Origin: Acidimicrobiia bacterium
GTDB lineage: Bacteria; Actinomycetota; Acidimicrobiia; Spongiisociales; ZC4RG35
Reading direction: 5' to 3'
DNA length: 64,000 nt
Assembly (NCBI GenBank): GCA_965203555.1
Contig: CBDBCY010000004.1
Coordinates: 2,720,001 to 2,784,000 of the forward strand
Shown here: one piece after another, positions 20,460 through 31,036 of the stretch
How positions within the stretch are numbered: the stretch's first letter is position 1
Layout of the letters: the number at the start of each line of letters is the position of its first letter
The notes under the pieces: model-generated
Told to the model about the DNA's origin: nothing
Seen by the model: the letters and a program-made list of their open reading frames with translations, nothing else
The model's database searches: none
Translations under genes and position numbers: made by a program

Positions 20460-20864
20460 CTACGCGCCAACCCGCTCGAAGACCAGCACCTGCCCACCTT
20501 CGCTATGAAGGGTGAGTTGTTCCCCCGAGAGCTCGAACCGCTCTACTGTGGCCAACGAGTCTTGCATCCGTTGTTCCTGTTGGAACAGCGCCTGGGATGA
20601 GCAGCCTGCTTCCGTCCACGTCAGATCGTCAAGGCGCAGCTCCGAATCCCGCGCGCTATATCTCGCTCCGTAGGAATTGCAGCCCGTCCACCCCGCCATA
20701 TCCTCATCGGTGGTGAATTCGGCGGTTGGGTTGCCCATCACCACCTCGGCGGGAGCGCCGGCATCGCCCAGTGCCACCAGCCGCCACTCCGTATCGGCCA
20801 AGGGATTCCCTTCGCCGCCGCAGGCCACCAGGAAAAACACGAAGCCAAGTAGAAGCCGGCGCAT
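20460..20864 (-). CDS. META-domain (HslJ-like) lipoprotein
   Basis: Lipobox LVAC; LADTEWRLV, GWTGCNSY, TEAGC, QEQR. Confidence 0.82.
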   Translation of the reverse strand: MRRLLLGFVFFLVACGGEGNPLADTEWRLVALGDAGAPAEVVMGNPTAEFTTDEDMAGWTGCNSYGARYSARDSELRLDDLTWTEAGCSSQALFQQEQRMQDSLATVERFELSGEQLTLHSEGGQVLVFERVGA

Positions 20865-21275
20865 CACTCTTCTCCCTTCATCGGATGTTGTCTCATTATG
20901 GCCTGCTGTTGCTTTAGCAGAAAACACAGCCGTCATGGCGCCTTTCACGTTCTGATTCATCGGCGGGGACAAATTCGCCAACCCCGGCGGCGGCCCGTGG
21001 GTTCCCCCTTCGGAGCTGAGACGCACGAACCCGGACTATACCCGACCGCCTCTGTCATTTGCGTATCTTCGGCTTCCCTTTTATGCAATCCGGTGCACAT
21101 CCAGTCTGCATCCTGATGCGCCGTGGCCCCACCCAGGATCGGGGAGGGAAGACCTTGGCGCGCCGTCGGACCGTCGTGACCGCGACTTCGAGGTGTTCCG
21201 GGAGGGCCTGACGCGTCTCGGCGAGGCCGGCCTCCGCCTCAACGCGCCAGCCTTGCCTATCTTTCGCAGGCCCTA

Positions 21276-22373
21276 CTACCGGGGAATGACCACCGGCTGG
21301 GGGATGGGAGTCCCCGGCGGCGGGCTCTCCGGCGGGGGAGGGGGCGCTTGAGGTTCGTCAAAGATATGGATGCCGTCCACCGAGACGGCCACCCGGTCAC
21401 CGGGCGCCAGGGCCGGTTGCGGCCAGCAACGGGAGCGAAGGGTTATCTCCCCCGGTAGCTCCACCGACAGCAACTGGTCGTGCCCGAAGAACTCCCGGTA
21501 GCTGACCACCGCTGCTCCCTGGGGATGGGGAAAGACAGTGACCGACTCGGGACGGACCATCACCCTCACGGGTCCCGACCTGGTGGTGGGAAACGTTCCG
21601 AACGGCGTGGTTATCCGGCCTCCCTTGGCGTGGGCGTCGAAGAAGTCGGCGTCTCCCAGGAACTCGGCCACCCAGGACGTTGTCGGGTTACGGTAGACAT
21701 GATCGGGCGGGCCGGTCTGCACCACCCGTCCCTCGTTCATCAGGGCCAACCGGTCGCTCATCGCCAAGGCTTCTTCCTGGTCGTGGGTGACCAGGATCGT
21801 GGTGGTTTCGGCTTCGCGCAGTATGGACCGGACCTCGGCTCGGAGGCGTTTGCGAAGGGCCGCATCCAGGTTGGAGAAGGGTTCATCGGCCAGGATCACC
21901 TGGGGCCGGGGCGCCAGGGCCCTGGCCAGAGCCACCCGCTGCTGCTGGCCGGCGGAGAGTTCATGCGGCATCCGTTTCTCCAGGCCGGCCAACCCCACCA
22001 TTTCCAGTACCTCCGCCACCCGGTGGGAACGCCCCGAGGCCTCCAGCCCGAACGCCACGTTGCGGCCGACGTTGAGATGGGGGAACAGCGCGTAGTCCTG
22101 GAAGACCATTCCCACCTGCCGGCGCTCGGGAGGTACGAAGACGCCGGGACCGTTGACGGTCTGTCCGTTCACCCGCACCGTTCCCGAGTCAGGCAGTTCG
22201 AAACCGGCCAGTATCCGCAGGGCGGTGGTCTTTCCCACGCCGGACGGTCCCAGCACGGTCAGCAGTGTCCCGCTTTCGACTTTCAGGGTGAAGTCATCCA
22301 AGGCGAGAGTGCCGTCAAAGCTCTTGTAGAGAGCACGAGCGGAGAGGGGTCGATGGTCAGCGGATGAGTTCAT
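21276..22373 (-). CDS. fbpC: Fe3+ ABC transporter ATP-binding protein (FbpC-like)
   Basis: GPSGVGKT, PPERRQVGMVFQDYALFPHL, LSAGQQQR, DEPFSNLD. Confidence 0.85.
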   Translation of the reverse strand: MNSSADHRPLSARALYKSFDGTLALDDFTLKVESGTLLTVLGPSGVGKTTALRILAGFELPDSGTVRVNGQTVNGPGVFVPPERRQVGMVFQDYALFPHLNVGRNVAFGLEASGRSHRVAEVLEMVGLAGLEKRMPHELSAGQQQRVALARALAPRPQVILADEPFSNLDAALRKRLRAEVRSILREAETTTILVTHDQEEALAMSDRLALMNEGRVVQTGPPDHVYRNPTTSWVAEFLGDADFFDAHAKGGRITTPFGTFPTTRSGPVRVMVRPESVTVFPHPQGAAVVSYREFFGHDQLLSVELPGEITLRSRCWPQPALAPGDRVAVSVDGIHIFDEPQAPPPPPESPPPGTPIPQPVVIPR

Positions 22374-23943
22374 GGCGGGTAACGATGGCCAGGGGGAGGG
22401 CGGCTATCAGCAACAAGAGCAACCCGGCCAATGCACCCAGAGTGTAAAACCCTTCACCGGTTGCGCTCCAAACGCGGATGGCGAGCGTCTCGAATCCGGC
22501 CGGTCGCAGCAACAGGGTGGCGGGAAGTTCCCGAAGGGTGGTCAAGAAGACCAGGGCGCCACCCGAGAGCAGACCCGGGGCCATCAAGGGAAGGGTGACT
22601 GCGAAGAACGTTCGAACCGGCGACCTTCCCAGGCTGCGGGCCGCTTCTTCCATGGAGGGAGACACTCTCGCCAGGGCGTCGCGACCGGGTCCCAGGATCT
22701 GTGGCAGGAACATCATGGCGTAGACGCCCACCAGCAGGATCAATGTCTGGTACAGGGGACGCGCCAGCCACAGGGTGAACACGATCATCGCCATTCCCAC
22801 CGCGATGTGCGGGACGCCGTACAGGGCCCACGCTCCACCTTCCAGAAGGCCGGCCCAGCGGTTTCGAAACCGGGTGGTGACCATCGTCACGGGCGCCGCC
22901 GCCACCGCCGCCACCAGTGCGGTCAGCAGCGCCACCCAGATCGATCGTCCCGTTTCTGCCCACGGCACGTCGACCAGGATGCCCGAGATCATGCCCCGCA
23001 GGATCCAGGCAACCAGCACGATCAGGGGGACAAGAAGCGAGAGCGTGACCACGGTTCCCAGAAACCCCCACCCCATGATCCTTCCCGCCGGTCCCAACCT
23101 CACGGGCGCCGCCGTCCGGCGGGGCTTGGCTGTGAACCAGACCCCTTTGGCGCGAGTGCTCCTCTCGGCCATGACGATCACCACTGCCACAGCCGCCAGC
23201 ACCGCGGCCAGGCCCAGGGCCGGGCGCCGATCGACGCGGCCGGCGTATTCGAGGTAGATGGCGCGGGTGAAGGTGTCGTAGCGAAGCAGGGAGACCGCGC
23301 CGAAGTCAGAGAGGGTATAGAGCCCCACCAGCAGGGCGCCGGCGGTCAGCCCCGGCCGCAGTTGGGGCAAAGTGACCGTCCAGAAGACCTTGACCCGCCC
23401 GGCCCCCAAGCCGCGGGCCGCCTCTTCCAAGGTGGGATTCAAGGAGTGCATGGCGGGGGCCACGGCAAGATGGACCAGCGGAACCGAGATCAGGGTCAGC
23501 ACCAACCAGGCCGCCCAGAACCCTGACGGGTAGCGGATGATTCCGCCGCCCAACCAGGTGGAGACGGCGGAGAGTATCCCGTCGGCGCCGGTGGCGCCCA
23601 ACAGGGTGAGAGCGCCCACGAAAGAGGGGACTGCAAAGGGTATGATGATCAGGACCGTGGCCAGCCTCTTTCCCGGCAGGTCGGTCCGAGAGACCAGCCA
23701 AGCGCTGGCGCCGCCGATTATCAAGGAGGTCGTAGTGACGGCGGCGCCCAGCGCCCCGGTGTTGGCTGCCAGCTCCAATAACCGCTTTATTGGAACGGTG
23801 GTGACTACGCCGCTGAACAGCCCGTAAGTTAAGGTTCCGAGGGGGGCTGCGGCGGGCAACATCACCATGCCGGCCAGCACCCACCACCAAGTATTGGGGG
23901 GCAGCGCGTTCAGTCGCGGAACCGGGCGCGCTACCCCCATCAT
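22357..23943 (-). CDS. fbpB: Fe3+ ABC transporter permease (FbpB-like)
   Basis: Two EAA motifs (EEAARGLG, EEAARSLG), SDFGAV, RELPATLLL. Confidence 0.85.
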   Translation of the reverse strand: MMGVARPVPRLNALPPNTWWWVLAGMVMLPAAAPLGTLTYGLFSGVVTTVPIKRLLELAANTGALGAAVTTTSLIIGGASAWLVSRTDLPGKRLATVLIIIPFAVPSFVGALTLLGATGADGILSAVSTWLGGGIIRYPSGFWAAWLVLTLISVPLVHLAVAPAMHSLNPTLEEAARGLGAGRVKVFWTVTLPQLRPGLTAGALLVGLYTLSDFGAVSLLRYDTFTRAIYLEYAGRVDRRPALGLAAVLAAVAVVIVMAERSTRAKGVWFTAKPRRTAAPVRLGPAGRIMGWGFLGTVVTLSLLVPLIVLVAWILRGMISGILVDVPWAETGRSIWVALLTALVAAVAAAPVTMVTTRFRNRWAGLLEGGAWALYGVPHIAVGMAMIVFTLWLARPLYQTLILLVGVYAMMFLPQILGPGRDALARVSPSMEEAARSLGRSPVRTFFAVTLPLMAPGLLSGGALVFLTTLRELPATLLLRPAGFETLAIRVWSATGEGFYTLGALAGLLLLLIAALPLAIVTRHELIR

Positions 23944-23954
23944 CGTCTTTGAAG

Positions 23955-24986
23955 TTACAGAAGTCCCGCTTCAGCGACCAAGTCCGTGGCCCTTTCCAGC
24001 GCGGTGTGGAGGTCCGAAAGATCTATGTCCGGGGTGGGAATAGAGTCGATGGGCGGAAGACTCGCCGCCGGCCTCACTCCGGCCGCCAGGGGATACTCAT
24101 AGGTCTGCTCGGCGAAATATCGCTGCGCGGTTTCGGAAAGCAGGAACTCGATGAAACTGTGGGCGTCCTCGGATTGTTCCGAGTTTGCCAGCACGCTGAC
24201 CCCCGACGGCATGACCAGGCTCCCCGGGTCGCCGGCCGAGAGGAAGTGGTTGGCCGCCCGTTTACCTGCACCTTCGGCCTGCAGGCGCAGCAGGTAGTAG
24301 TGGTTCACCAGCCCCAGCCCTACTTCCCCGTTGTCAGCCGCTGCCACGATCGGGGAATTCTTGGGATAGTCCAGGGGATCGAGGGCCGCCAGGCTCTCCA
24401 GCCACTGCAACGTTGCCGCCTCGCCGCGGTCGAGGATCATGGCCGCCACGAATGCCAGGAACGAGCCGTTGGTGGGCGCCACGCCGATCATTCCCGTCCA
24501 GCGGGGGTTCAACAGGTCGTCGATGCTGGCGGGCAATTCGCTCACCTGCACCTGGTCCCGGTCGTAGATGATCGCCCGGATCCGTCCCGAGACTCCCACC
24601 CAGCGATGGGCGCGGTCCCGGAAACGAGGAGGCGCCGCCGAGATGACGTCTGATGGAAGGGTGGCCATCAGCGGCGCGGCAAGACCCAGCGAGGCGGGGT
24701 CCTGGGCGAAGAAAACATCCGCCTCGGTGGAGGACCCTTCTTCCAGGAGGGTGGAGGCCAACTCGGTGCTGCCCGCATATCTGACCTCGACTTCCAGGCC
24801 GCTCGACTCCCGGAATTCTTCGATCAGCGGGCCGACCAGTTCTTCACCCCTGCCGGAATAGATCAGCAGAGGGTCGTCTCCGCCTCCACAGGCGCCGACT
24901 ACCAGGCCCAGGGCCAACACCATCGGCAAGAGGAGGCGAACACCACGATTGGATGCGCGTTTTGAACGCACTGTGACTCCCTTCAT
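23955..24986 (-). CDS. fbpA: Fe3+ ABC transporter substrate-binding lipoprotein (FbpA/FutA-like)
   Basis: Lipobox VGAC; IYSGR; LVNHYY di-tyrosine iron ligands; YEYPL. Confidence 0.87.
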   Translation of the reverse strand: MKGVTVRSKRASNRGVRLLLPMVLALGLVVGACGGGDDPLLIYSGRGEELVGPLIEEFRESSGLEVEVRYAGSTELASTLLEEGSSTEADVFFAQDPASLGLAAPLMATLPSDVISAAPPRFRDRAHRWVGVSGRIRAIIYDRDQVQVSELPASIDDLLNPRWTGMIGVAPTNGSFLAFVAAMILDRGEAATLQWLESLAALDPLDYPKNSPIVAAADNGEVGLGLVNHYYLLRLQAEGAGKRAANHFLSAGDPGSLVMPSGVSVLANSEQSEDAHSFIEFLLSETAQRYFAEQTYEYPLAAGVRPAASLPPIDSIPTPDIDLSDLHTALERATDLVAEAGLL

Positions 24987-25072
24987 TTAGCAAATATGGA
25001 TTAGTTTTATTATATTAGCCATATCGTGATTTGTCATATTAGTCGTTGCGGTGATCCCAGCGCGAATCCGGG
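24987..25072. promoter_or_regulatory. AT-rich divergent promoter region of iron-uptake operons, probable metal-repressor site
   Basis: Strongly AT-rich spacer with repeated (T/A)TTAG and ATATGG...CCATAT inverted repeat; no exact IdeR/Fur consensus. Confidence 0.4.
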
Positions 25073-26242
25073 ATGCCCCGGCTGCTGACGGAGCGACCGA
25101 TCCGGGGCGAGCGCCTGGTTGCCGCCTTGGGGCTCGGTCTGATGATCTTTGCCGCGGCATGCGCATCCCCGAAGGACGGACCGGGGATCGAGGCTGCCAC
25201 GGATACGCATTCGGGGGCGAGCGGGACGAGTGTGGCGGAAGGTGTTGATGAAGACCGGGAGGCCACCGTCCCCACCACCGGGTCGGAAGATCCCAAGAAG
25301 TCGGGGGCAGGGCCTGACGCCACCGGTGAGCCGTCGACGGAGGAGGCGGCAGAGAAGACCCGGTCGGCGGAAGTGGAAACCGACGAGGGGGTTGAAGAGC
25401 CCTTCCTGCCGGTCACCGTGGTGGACGAGACGGGGATCTCGGTGACGGTCGAGTCGATAGAACGAATCATTCCCCTGGACGGCGACATAGCGGAGGTGGT
25501 CTTCGCCCTGGGACTGGGAGATCGGGTGGTGGCCACCGACCTGTCGGCCACCTACCCGCCCGAGGCGGACGAACTCCCCCAGATCGGGTACCAGCGAGCC
25601 CTGTCCACCGAACCGATCGCCGCCTTCGAACCTCATGTGCTGCTGGCCACCGCCCTGGCCGGACCCCCCGAAACCCTGGACGAGCTGCGGCGTCTGGGGT
25701 TTCCGCTGATCATCGTTCCCAGCGAGCCCACCTCCGAGGGCCCGGGAAGGAAGATTCGGGCGGTGGCCGCGGCACTTGGAGTCCCGAGACGGGGAGAAGC
25801 ATTGGCGGCCGAAGTCGAAGAGGCCATAGCGGCGGCCGGCGCAGCGGGGGAGTGCCGGAAAGAGTGCCCTCGGGTCATGATGGTCTACGTGCGGGGCACT
25901 GCCGCCCAGTTGGTTTTCGGAGAGTCCTCACCCACCCGATGGCTCATCGAGGCTGCCGGGGGCCTGGATGTCTCCAGGGAGATGGGGATCACAGACCCCG
26001 TTCCCATTTCCGCCGAGGCGATCGTTAGCGCCGCCCCGGACGTTCTGATCACCACTGAAGTCGGATTGGAGTCGGTGGGCGGGATCGACGGCCTGTTGCG
26101 GATTCCCGGCCTGGCGGGGACTCCGGCCGGGCGGGCACGAAGGGTTTTGACCTACGACGCTCAGCTCCTGCTGGGAAACGGTCCGCGAGTGGGCGACCTG
26201 CTGGCCCGGCTGACCGATGACTTGAAAGGCATCAACGAGTAA
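25073..26242 (+). CDS. heme/hemin ABC substrate-binding lipoprotein (HmuT-like)
   Basis: Lipobox AAAC; EVVFALG, IGYQRALSTE (Tyr heme-ligand motif), LLGNGPR. Confidence 0.75.
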   Translation: MPRLLTERPIRGERLVAALGLGLMIFAAACASPKDGPGIEAATDTHSGASGTSVAEGVDEDREATVPTTGSEDPKKSGAGPDATGEPSTEEAAEKTRSAEVETDEGVEEPFLPVTVVDETGISVTVESIERIIPLDGDIAEVVFALGLGDRVVATDLSATYPPEADELPQIGYQRALSTEPIAAFEPHVLLATALAGPPETLDELRRLGFPLIIVPSEPTSEGPGRKIRAVAAALGVPRRGEALAAEVEEAIAAAGAAGECRKECPRVMMVYVRGTAAQLVFGESSPTRWLIEAAGGLDVSREMGITDPVPISAEAIVSAAPDVLITTEVGLESVGGIDGLLRIPGLAGTPAGRARRVLTYDAQLLLGNGPRVGDLLARLTDDLKGINE

Positions 26243-26255
26243 GGAAAGGAATGAT

Positions 26256-27794
26256 GTGATGCAGACTGTCCAGAACAGGGAATCGACGACCTCACCAAAC
26301 AGAAGTGGAGCTTCAGGGACCCTGCGGGTCTGGTTGGCGCTGGCCGTGGCGCTCCTCCTGGTGGGAGGCGCCTGCGGGAGCGATCCGGAACCGGCGGCGA
26401 CCACCGCCTCGGTCACAGAGACCACCTCCGCGCCGACCACCGCCGCGGCGCCCGCCGCCACTACGGCTGCTGAAACCACCACCACCGTTGCTGCGACCAC
26501 CACCACGGAGGCGGTGACCACCACTGCCGGCGAGCAGACCGAGACCATGGAGGACGACCGGCAGGACGCCGCTGAAGTCTTTGCGGTGACCATCCCTCAC
26601 AAGTACGGGGAGACGGTCATCGAATCCCGCCCCGAGCGGGTGGTCACGGTGGGGTTCAGCGAACAGGACCCGGTCCTGGCCCTGGGTGTGGTCCCGGTGG
26701 CGGTGCGGGAGTGGTTCGGAGGCTATCCCCATGCGGTGTGGCCCTGGGCCCAGGATGAGCTGGGTGACGGGACGCCGCAAGTGCTGACCATGGCCTACGG
26801 CGACCTCAACTACGAACTGTTGGCGTCTCTGTCACCGGACCTGCTGGTCGCCACCCATGCCGGCATCACCGAGGAGGAATATGCGCTCCTGTCCGCAATC
26901 GCTCCAACCCTGCCCGAGCCGGCCGAGTATCCGGCTTTCGGGGTTCCCTGGCATGGGCAGACCGTACTCATCGGAACCGCACTGGGACTGGCCGCAGAAG
27001 CCGAAGCGCTGGTGGCCGGGACAGTGAGCGCCGTGGAGGAAACCAACCGACTGCACGGGGGGTTCGGCGGCGCCACCTTCGCGTGGGCCAATCCCACCGG
27101 TGACGGGACCTACTGGGTGGTGGGCGCCAACACCCCTCCCATGCGGCTGCTGCAGGACCTGGGTCTCACCTATCCCGACGAGATCGCCGCGGTGGTGGGA
27201 GACCTGGACTCCTATGAACTCAGCGGCGAACGGATCGAACTGCTGGACGTGGACGTGCTCATAATGCGAGCCTCTGCAGATCAGCAGGCCGCTTTCGAGG
27301 ACGATCCCCTGTGGGGCGCGCTGGATGTGATGGCCGAAGACCGCATCCTCTGGCTGGATTCCTCCGATCCGATCTACGGCGCGCTCAGTTTCACCACCAT
27401 ATTGAGCATCGAGTACCTGCTCGAGGAGTTGACGCCGCTCATCATGGCCAAGGTCTACCCGGAGGAGGCGGCGGCCATGAGCGCATGGGCGATCGTGTTC
27501 GACTCCAATGCGGAATGGTCCCTCAAGGCGCCCCACATCGGGGACTCCGAGAACCTCGAGGCAAGCAACGAGCAGTACCGGGCGGGTGGAGAGGCGATGG
27601 GCGGGTTCAGCCTCCGGCCCACCATGGCCGTGATAGAAGGCGACACTGCCACCATCACCTACGACGTGCTGTTCGGCGAGTCCGCCGCCTACCGGGATCT
27701 GATGGGCGTGATCGATCTGATCGAAGGAACATGGGTGGTCAGCCGGGACACCTATTGCGGATTCCTGGCCCAGGCTCGTACGCCTTGCGGCTGA
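26256..27794 (+). CDS. iron-siderophore ABC substrate-binding lipoprotein with Thr/Ala linker and extra C-terminal domain
   Basis: Lipobox GGAC; TIPHKYGETVIESRPERVVTVG, LALGVVPVA, LSAIAPT. Confidence 0.82.
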   Translation: MMQTVQNRESTTSPNRSGASGTLRVWLALAVALLLVGGACGSDPEPAATTASVTETTSAPTTAAAPAATTAAETTTTVAATTTTEAVTTTAGEQTETMEDDRQDAAEVFAVTIPHKYGETVIESRPERVVTVGFSEQDPVLALGVVPVAVREWFGGYPHAVWPWAQDELGDGTPQVLTMAYGDLNYELLASLSPDLLVATHAGITEEEYALLSAIAPTLPEPAEYPAFGVPWHGQTVLIGTALGLAAEAEALVAGTVSAVEETNRLHGGFGGATFAWANPTGDGTYWVVGANTPPMRLLQDLGLTYPDEIAAVVGDLDSYELSGERIELLDVDVLIMRASADQQAAFEDDPLWGALDVMAEDRILWLDSSDPIYGALSFTTILSIEYLLEELTPLIMAKVYPEEAAAMSAWAIVFDSNAEWSLKAPHIGDSENLEASNEQYRAGGEAMGGFSLRPTMAVIEGDTATITYDVLFGESAAYRDLMGVIDLIEGTWVVSRDTYCGFLAQARTPCG

Positions 27795-27902
27795 GCTGTC
27801 CACGATCTTCGCCGGTCCCGGCTCGGAGCTAGGGGTTGGCAGGAGGAGACTCCGTGAAGGAAAGGCACTCGGCCACCGCGGCGGAGTGCCTTCCGCCATC
27901 GG

Positions 27903-28967
27903 ATGGCGCGGCCCGCCGGCATGTCGGATAGGGGCTTGAGCAACCTGCAACTCGACACGATGCCGAAGGTGCCAACCAGGCAGATCGCAGGGTTGGGGGT
28001 GATGGCCGCGGCGTTGCTGGTGGCGGTTCTCGCCTCGCTGTCCACCGGTGCCAAGCCGATTCCGGTGTCCACCGTGCTGGATGCTTTCTGGTCTTTCGAT
28101 CCTTCGGCCACCGACCATCTCATCGTGAGAGAGTTGCGGCTGTGGCGCACCGTGGTTGGCGTGGGAGTGGGATCGGCCCTGGCCGTTGCCGGAGCGCTCA
28201 TGCAGGGCGTGACCCGCAATCCGCTGGCCGATCCCGGCCTGCTGGGAGTCAACGCCGGCGCCTCCTTCGCGGTGGTGCTGGCGATCTGGGCACTGGGATT
28301 GCAGAGTCTGCTCGGGCTGGTCTGGTTTGCGTTCGGCGGGGCGGCTTTGGCAACCGCAGTGGTGCTGGCGATGGGTTCGGTGGGCAGGGGAGGAAGCATC
28401 CCGGTGCGGTTGGTGCTGGCCGGTGTCGCACTGGCCGCTCTGCTGGGGTCGCTCACCGCCTCGGTCACCCTGCTGGATCAGGCCGTGCTGGACCGCTTCC
28501 GGTTCTGGGCCGTGGGTTCCCTGTCGGGCCTGGACAGCACCGTCGGCTTCCAGGTCCTTCCCTTCCTGGCCGCCGGCATGCTGATCGCCTTGGCACTGTC
28601 CCGTCAACTGAACGCCTTGGCCCTGGGTGAGGAGGTGGCCCGCTCGCTGGGCATCGGCCTGGTGAGGGTCCGCTTCCTGGCGGTGGTGGCGGTCACCCTG
28701 CTCTGTGGTGCGGCGGTGGCCGCCTGCGGGCCGATCGGTTTCGTGGGCCTGGTCGTTCCGCATGCCGCCCGAGTGGTGAGCGGGGCCGACCAGCGCTGGC
28801 TGATCCCCATTTGCGCCCTGCTGGGGCCGACGTTGCTCTTGGTGTGCGACACCGTCGGCCGGATCATCGCCCGTCCTGCCGAGGTGCAGGTGGGGATAAC
28901 TACCGCGGCCATCGGCGGAGTGGTGTTCGTGGCGGTTGTCCGGCAGGTTCGGATGGCGCAACTATGA
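27903..28967 (+). CDS. FecCD-family iron chelate ABC permease (FepD-like)
   Basis: MQGVTRNPLADPGLLGVNAGA, GPIGFVGLVVPH. Confidence 0.9.
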   Translation: MARPAGMSDRGLSNLQLDTMPKVPTRQIAGLGVMAAALLVAVLASLSTGAKPIPVSTVLDAFWSFDPSATDHLIVRELRLWRTVVGVGVGSALAVAGALMQGVTRNPLADPGLLGVNAGASFAVVLAIWALGLQSLLGLVWFAFGGAALATAVVLAMGSVGRGGSIPVRLVLAGVALAALLGSLTASVTLLDQAVLDRFRFWAVGSLSGLDSTVGFQVLPFLAAGMLIALALSRQLNALALGEEVARSLGIGLVRVRFLAVVAVTLLCGAAVAACGPIGFVGLVVPHAARVVSGADQRWLIPICALLGPTLLLVCDTVGRIIARPAEVQVGITTAAIGGVVFVAVVRQVRMAQL

Positions 28968-30046
28968 CTCGCCCGACCTCCGGGGCCGGTCGCTCCACCG
29001 GCGCCTGCACCGGCCGTCCTGCTCGGTCGAGGGGCGGACTCGGTGGCCCGACCCGGACCTCGAGGCGCACGATCGGCGTATGCATCCTGCTCGGCGGGGC
29101 CATACTGGCCGTCGCGTTCTGGTCGGTGAGTGTCGGGGACTTCCCGATTCCCTTCGGGGAGGTGATCCGGTTTCTTCGGGGAGAAGGTGACGAGGCCGCC
29201 GGCTTCATCGTGGGGACCCTGCGCCTTCCCCGGGTGATCACCGGGGCGCTGGTGGGCGCAGCGCTGGGAATATCGGGGGCCATCTTCCAGTCGCTGGCCC
29301 GCAATCCGCTGGCCTCTCCGGATGTGATCGGTTTCACTCCCGGGGCGGCGCTCGGCGCCGTCCTCACCCTGGCCCTGTGGCCCGGCTCGACCCTGCGCAT
29401 GGCCCTGGGAGCGGTGATCGGCGGAATGGCCACCGCTTCGATCGTGTACCTGCTGGCCTGGAAACGGGGATTGAGAATCTACCGGATGGTGCTGATCGGG
29501 ATCGGGATGGGATTCGTGGTCCGAGCCGGGGTGGAGTACCTGGTGATCCGCGCCGAGATCAGCGATCTGGCTAGGGCGGCGGTGTGGCTCACCGGCTCGT
29601 TGAGTGGGCGCACCTGGGAAAATGTCGCCGTCGTGGCCCTGGCTCTCGGGGTGCTGGGCCCTCTGGCGGTGGCCCTGCAGGATCGTCTCGATGTCCTGGC
29701 CCTGGGCGACGACATTGCCGCGGCGCTGGGAATCCCGGTGAACCGGGTGAAGCTGGCCCTGGTGGCGGTGGGGGTGGCGCTGGCGGCCCTGGCCGTGGCC
29801 GGGGCGGGCCCCATCTCATTCGTGGCGCTGATGGCGGGCCCCATCGCCCGGCGGTTGGCGCGCACCGCGGGAGCGGGTATAGTCCCCTCCGCCCTGGTGG
29901 GTGCGCTGCTGGTGGTTGCCGCCGACCTGATGGCCCGAAGACTCCTGGCGCCCGTCGAGCTTCCGGTGGGCGTGTTCACCGCCCTGCTGGGCGCTCCGTA
30001 CCTGCTGTGGCTGCTGGTGCGCCAGACCCGGGCGGGTGACTTGTGA
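28964..30046 (+). CDS. FecCD-family iron chelate ABC permease (FepG-like)
   Basis: LRLPR, FQSLARNPLASPDVIG, GPISFVAL, LPVGVFTALLGAPY. Confidence 0.9.
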   Translation: MTRPTSGAGRSTGACTGRPARSRGGLGGPTRTSRRTIGVCILLGGAILAVAFWSVSVGDFPIPFGEVIRFLRGEGDEAAGFIVGTLRLPRVITGALVGAALGISGAIFQSLARNPLASPDVIGFTPGAALGAVLTLALWPGSTLRMALGAVIGGMATASIVYLLAWKRGLRIYRMVLIGIGMGFVVRAGVEYLVIRAEISDLARAAVWLTGSLSGRTWENVAVVALALGVLGPLAVALQDRLDVLALGDDIAAALGIPVNRVKLALVAVGVALAALAVAGAGPISFVALMAGPIARRLARTAGAGIVPSALVGALLVVAADLMARRLLAPVELPVGVFTALLGAPYLLWLLVRQTRAGDL

Positions 30047-30883
30047 GTGAAGGAAAGCCTTGGCGAGTTTGGATTTCAGGGCAAGGAGGTGATGGTGAGC
30101 CGGCTGGAAGCTGAAGCGGTGGACCTGGCCTACGACCGCCGGTTGGTGGTGGAGGGTCTGAGCCTGTCCGTTCCGGACGGAAGGATCACCGCCATCGTCG
30201 GTCCCAACGCCTGCGGCAAGTCGACGCTGCTGCGGGCCATGGCTCGGCTGCTGCGTCCCCGGGAGGGGATGGTGGCGCTGGACGGCAGGAACATCCACGA
30301 CCTCCCCACCCGGGAGGTGGCGCGACGGCTGGGGTTGCTTCCCCAGAGTCCGGTGGCGCCGGCCGGGATCCGGGTGATGGACCTGGTGTCGCGGGGCCGG
30401 ACCCCCTACCAGGGCCTGTTCCGGCAATGGTCGGAGCAGGACCGGACCGCGGTGGAGGAGGCGATGGCCGCCACCGGCACCCTGCACCTGGCGGACCGGA
30501 TGGTGGACGAACTGTCCGGCGGGCAGCGCCAGCGGGTGTGGATCGCCATGGTGCTTGCCCAGCAGACCGAACTGTTGCTGCTGGACGAACCGACCACGTT
30601 CCTGGACATTGCCCACCAGATCGAGGTGTTGGACATGGTGGCGAGGCTCAATCGGGACTGGGGCCGCACCATTGTCATCGTCCTCCACGACCTGAACCTG
30701 GCTTGTCGCTATGCCCATCACCTGGTGGCCATGCGCGACGGGTCGGTGGTCTCCTCCGGGACTCCGGACCAGGTGATCACCGAAGACCTGGTGAGCGAGG
30801 TCTTCGGGGTGGAAGCGTTGGTGATGCCCGACCCGGTAACCGGGGCGCCCATGGTGATTCCGGCCGGAGCACCCGCCTCATAA
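30047..30883 (+). CDS. iron chelate ABC ATP-binding protein (FepC/FecE-like)
   Basis: [41 protein letters not shown]. Confidence 0.92.
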   Translation: MKESLGEFGFQGKEVMVSRLEAEAVDLAYDRRLVVEGLSLSVPDGRITAIVGPNACGKSTLLRAMARLLRPREGMVALDGRNIHDLPTREVARRLGLLPQSPVAPAGIRVMDLVSRGRTPYQGLFRQWSEQDRTAVEEAMAATGTLHLADRMVDELSGGQRQRVWIAMVLAQQTELLLLDEPTTFLDIAHQIEVLDMVARLNRDWGRTIVIVLHDLNLACRYAHHLVAMRDGSVVSSGTPDQVITEDLVSEVFGVEALVMPDPVTGAPMVIPAGAPAS

Positions 30884-31036
30884 GCCAAGACCCGCCACAA
30901 ATCGCGGCGCTGCACGAATCAACCTCGGAACCCTTCTCAAGACCTCCACTGCAAGCAAGGACAGGCGGCGCCTGGTGGACACCCCACCAGGGATTCCTTA
31001 CAGTCGTAAGGATCTGAATTTCGATATGCTCGGAGT

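Noticed and set aside
24987-25072. Exact IdeR/DtxR or Fur box
   Set aside because: Only a loose resemblance to TTAGGTTAGGCTAACCTAA; the regulator cannot be named.
26396-26530. ACC-rich repeat as a DNA repeat element
   Set aside because: Explained by the Thr/Ala-rich lipoprotein linker.
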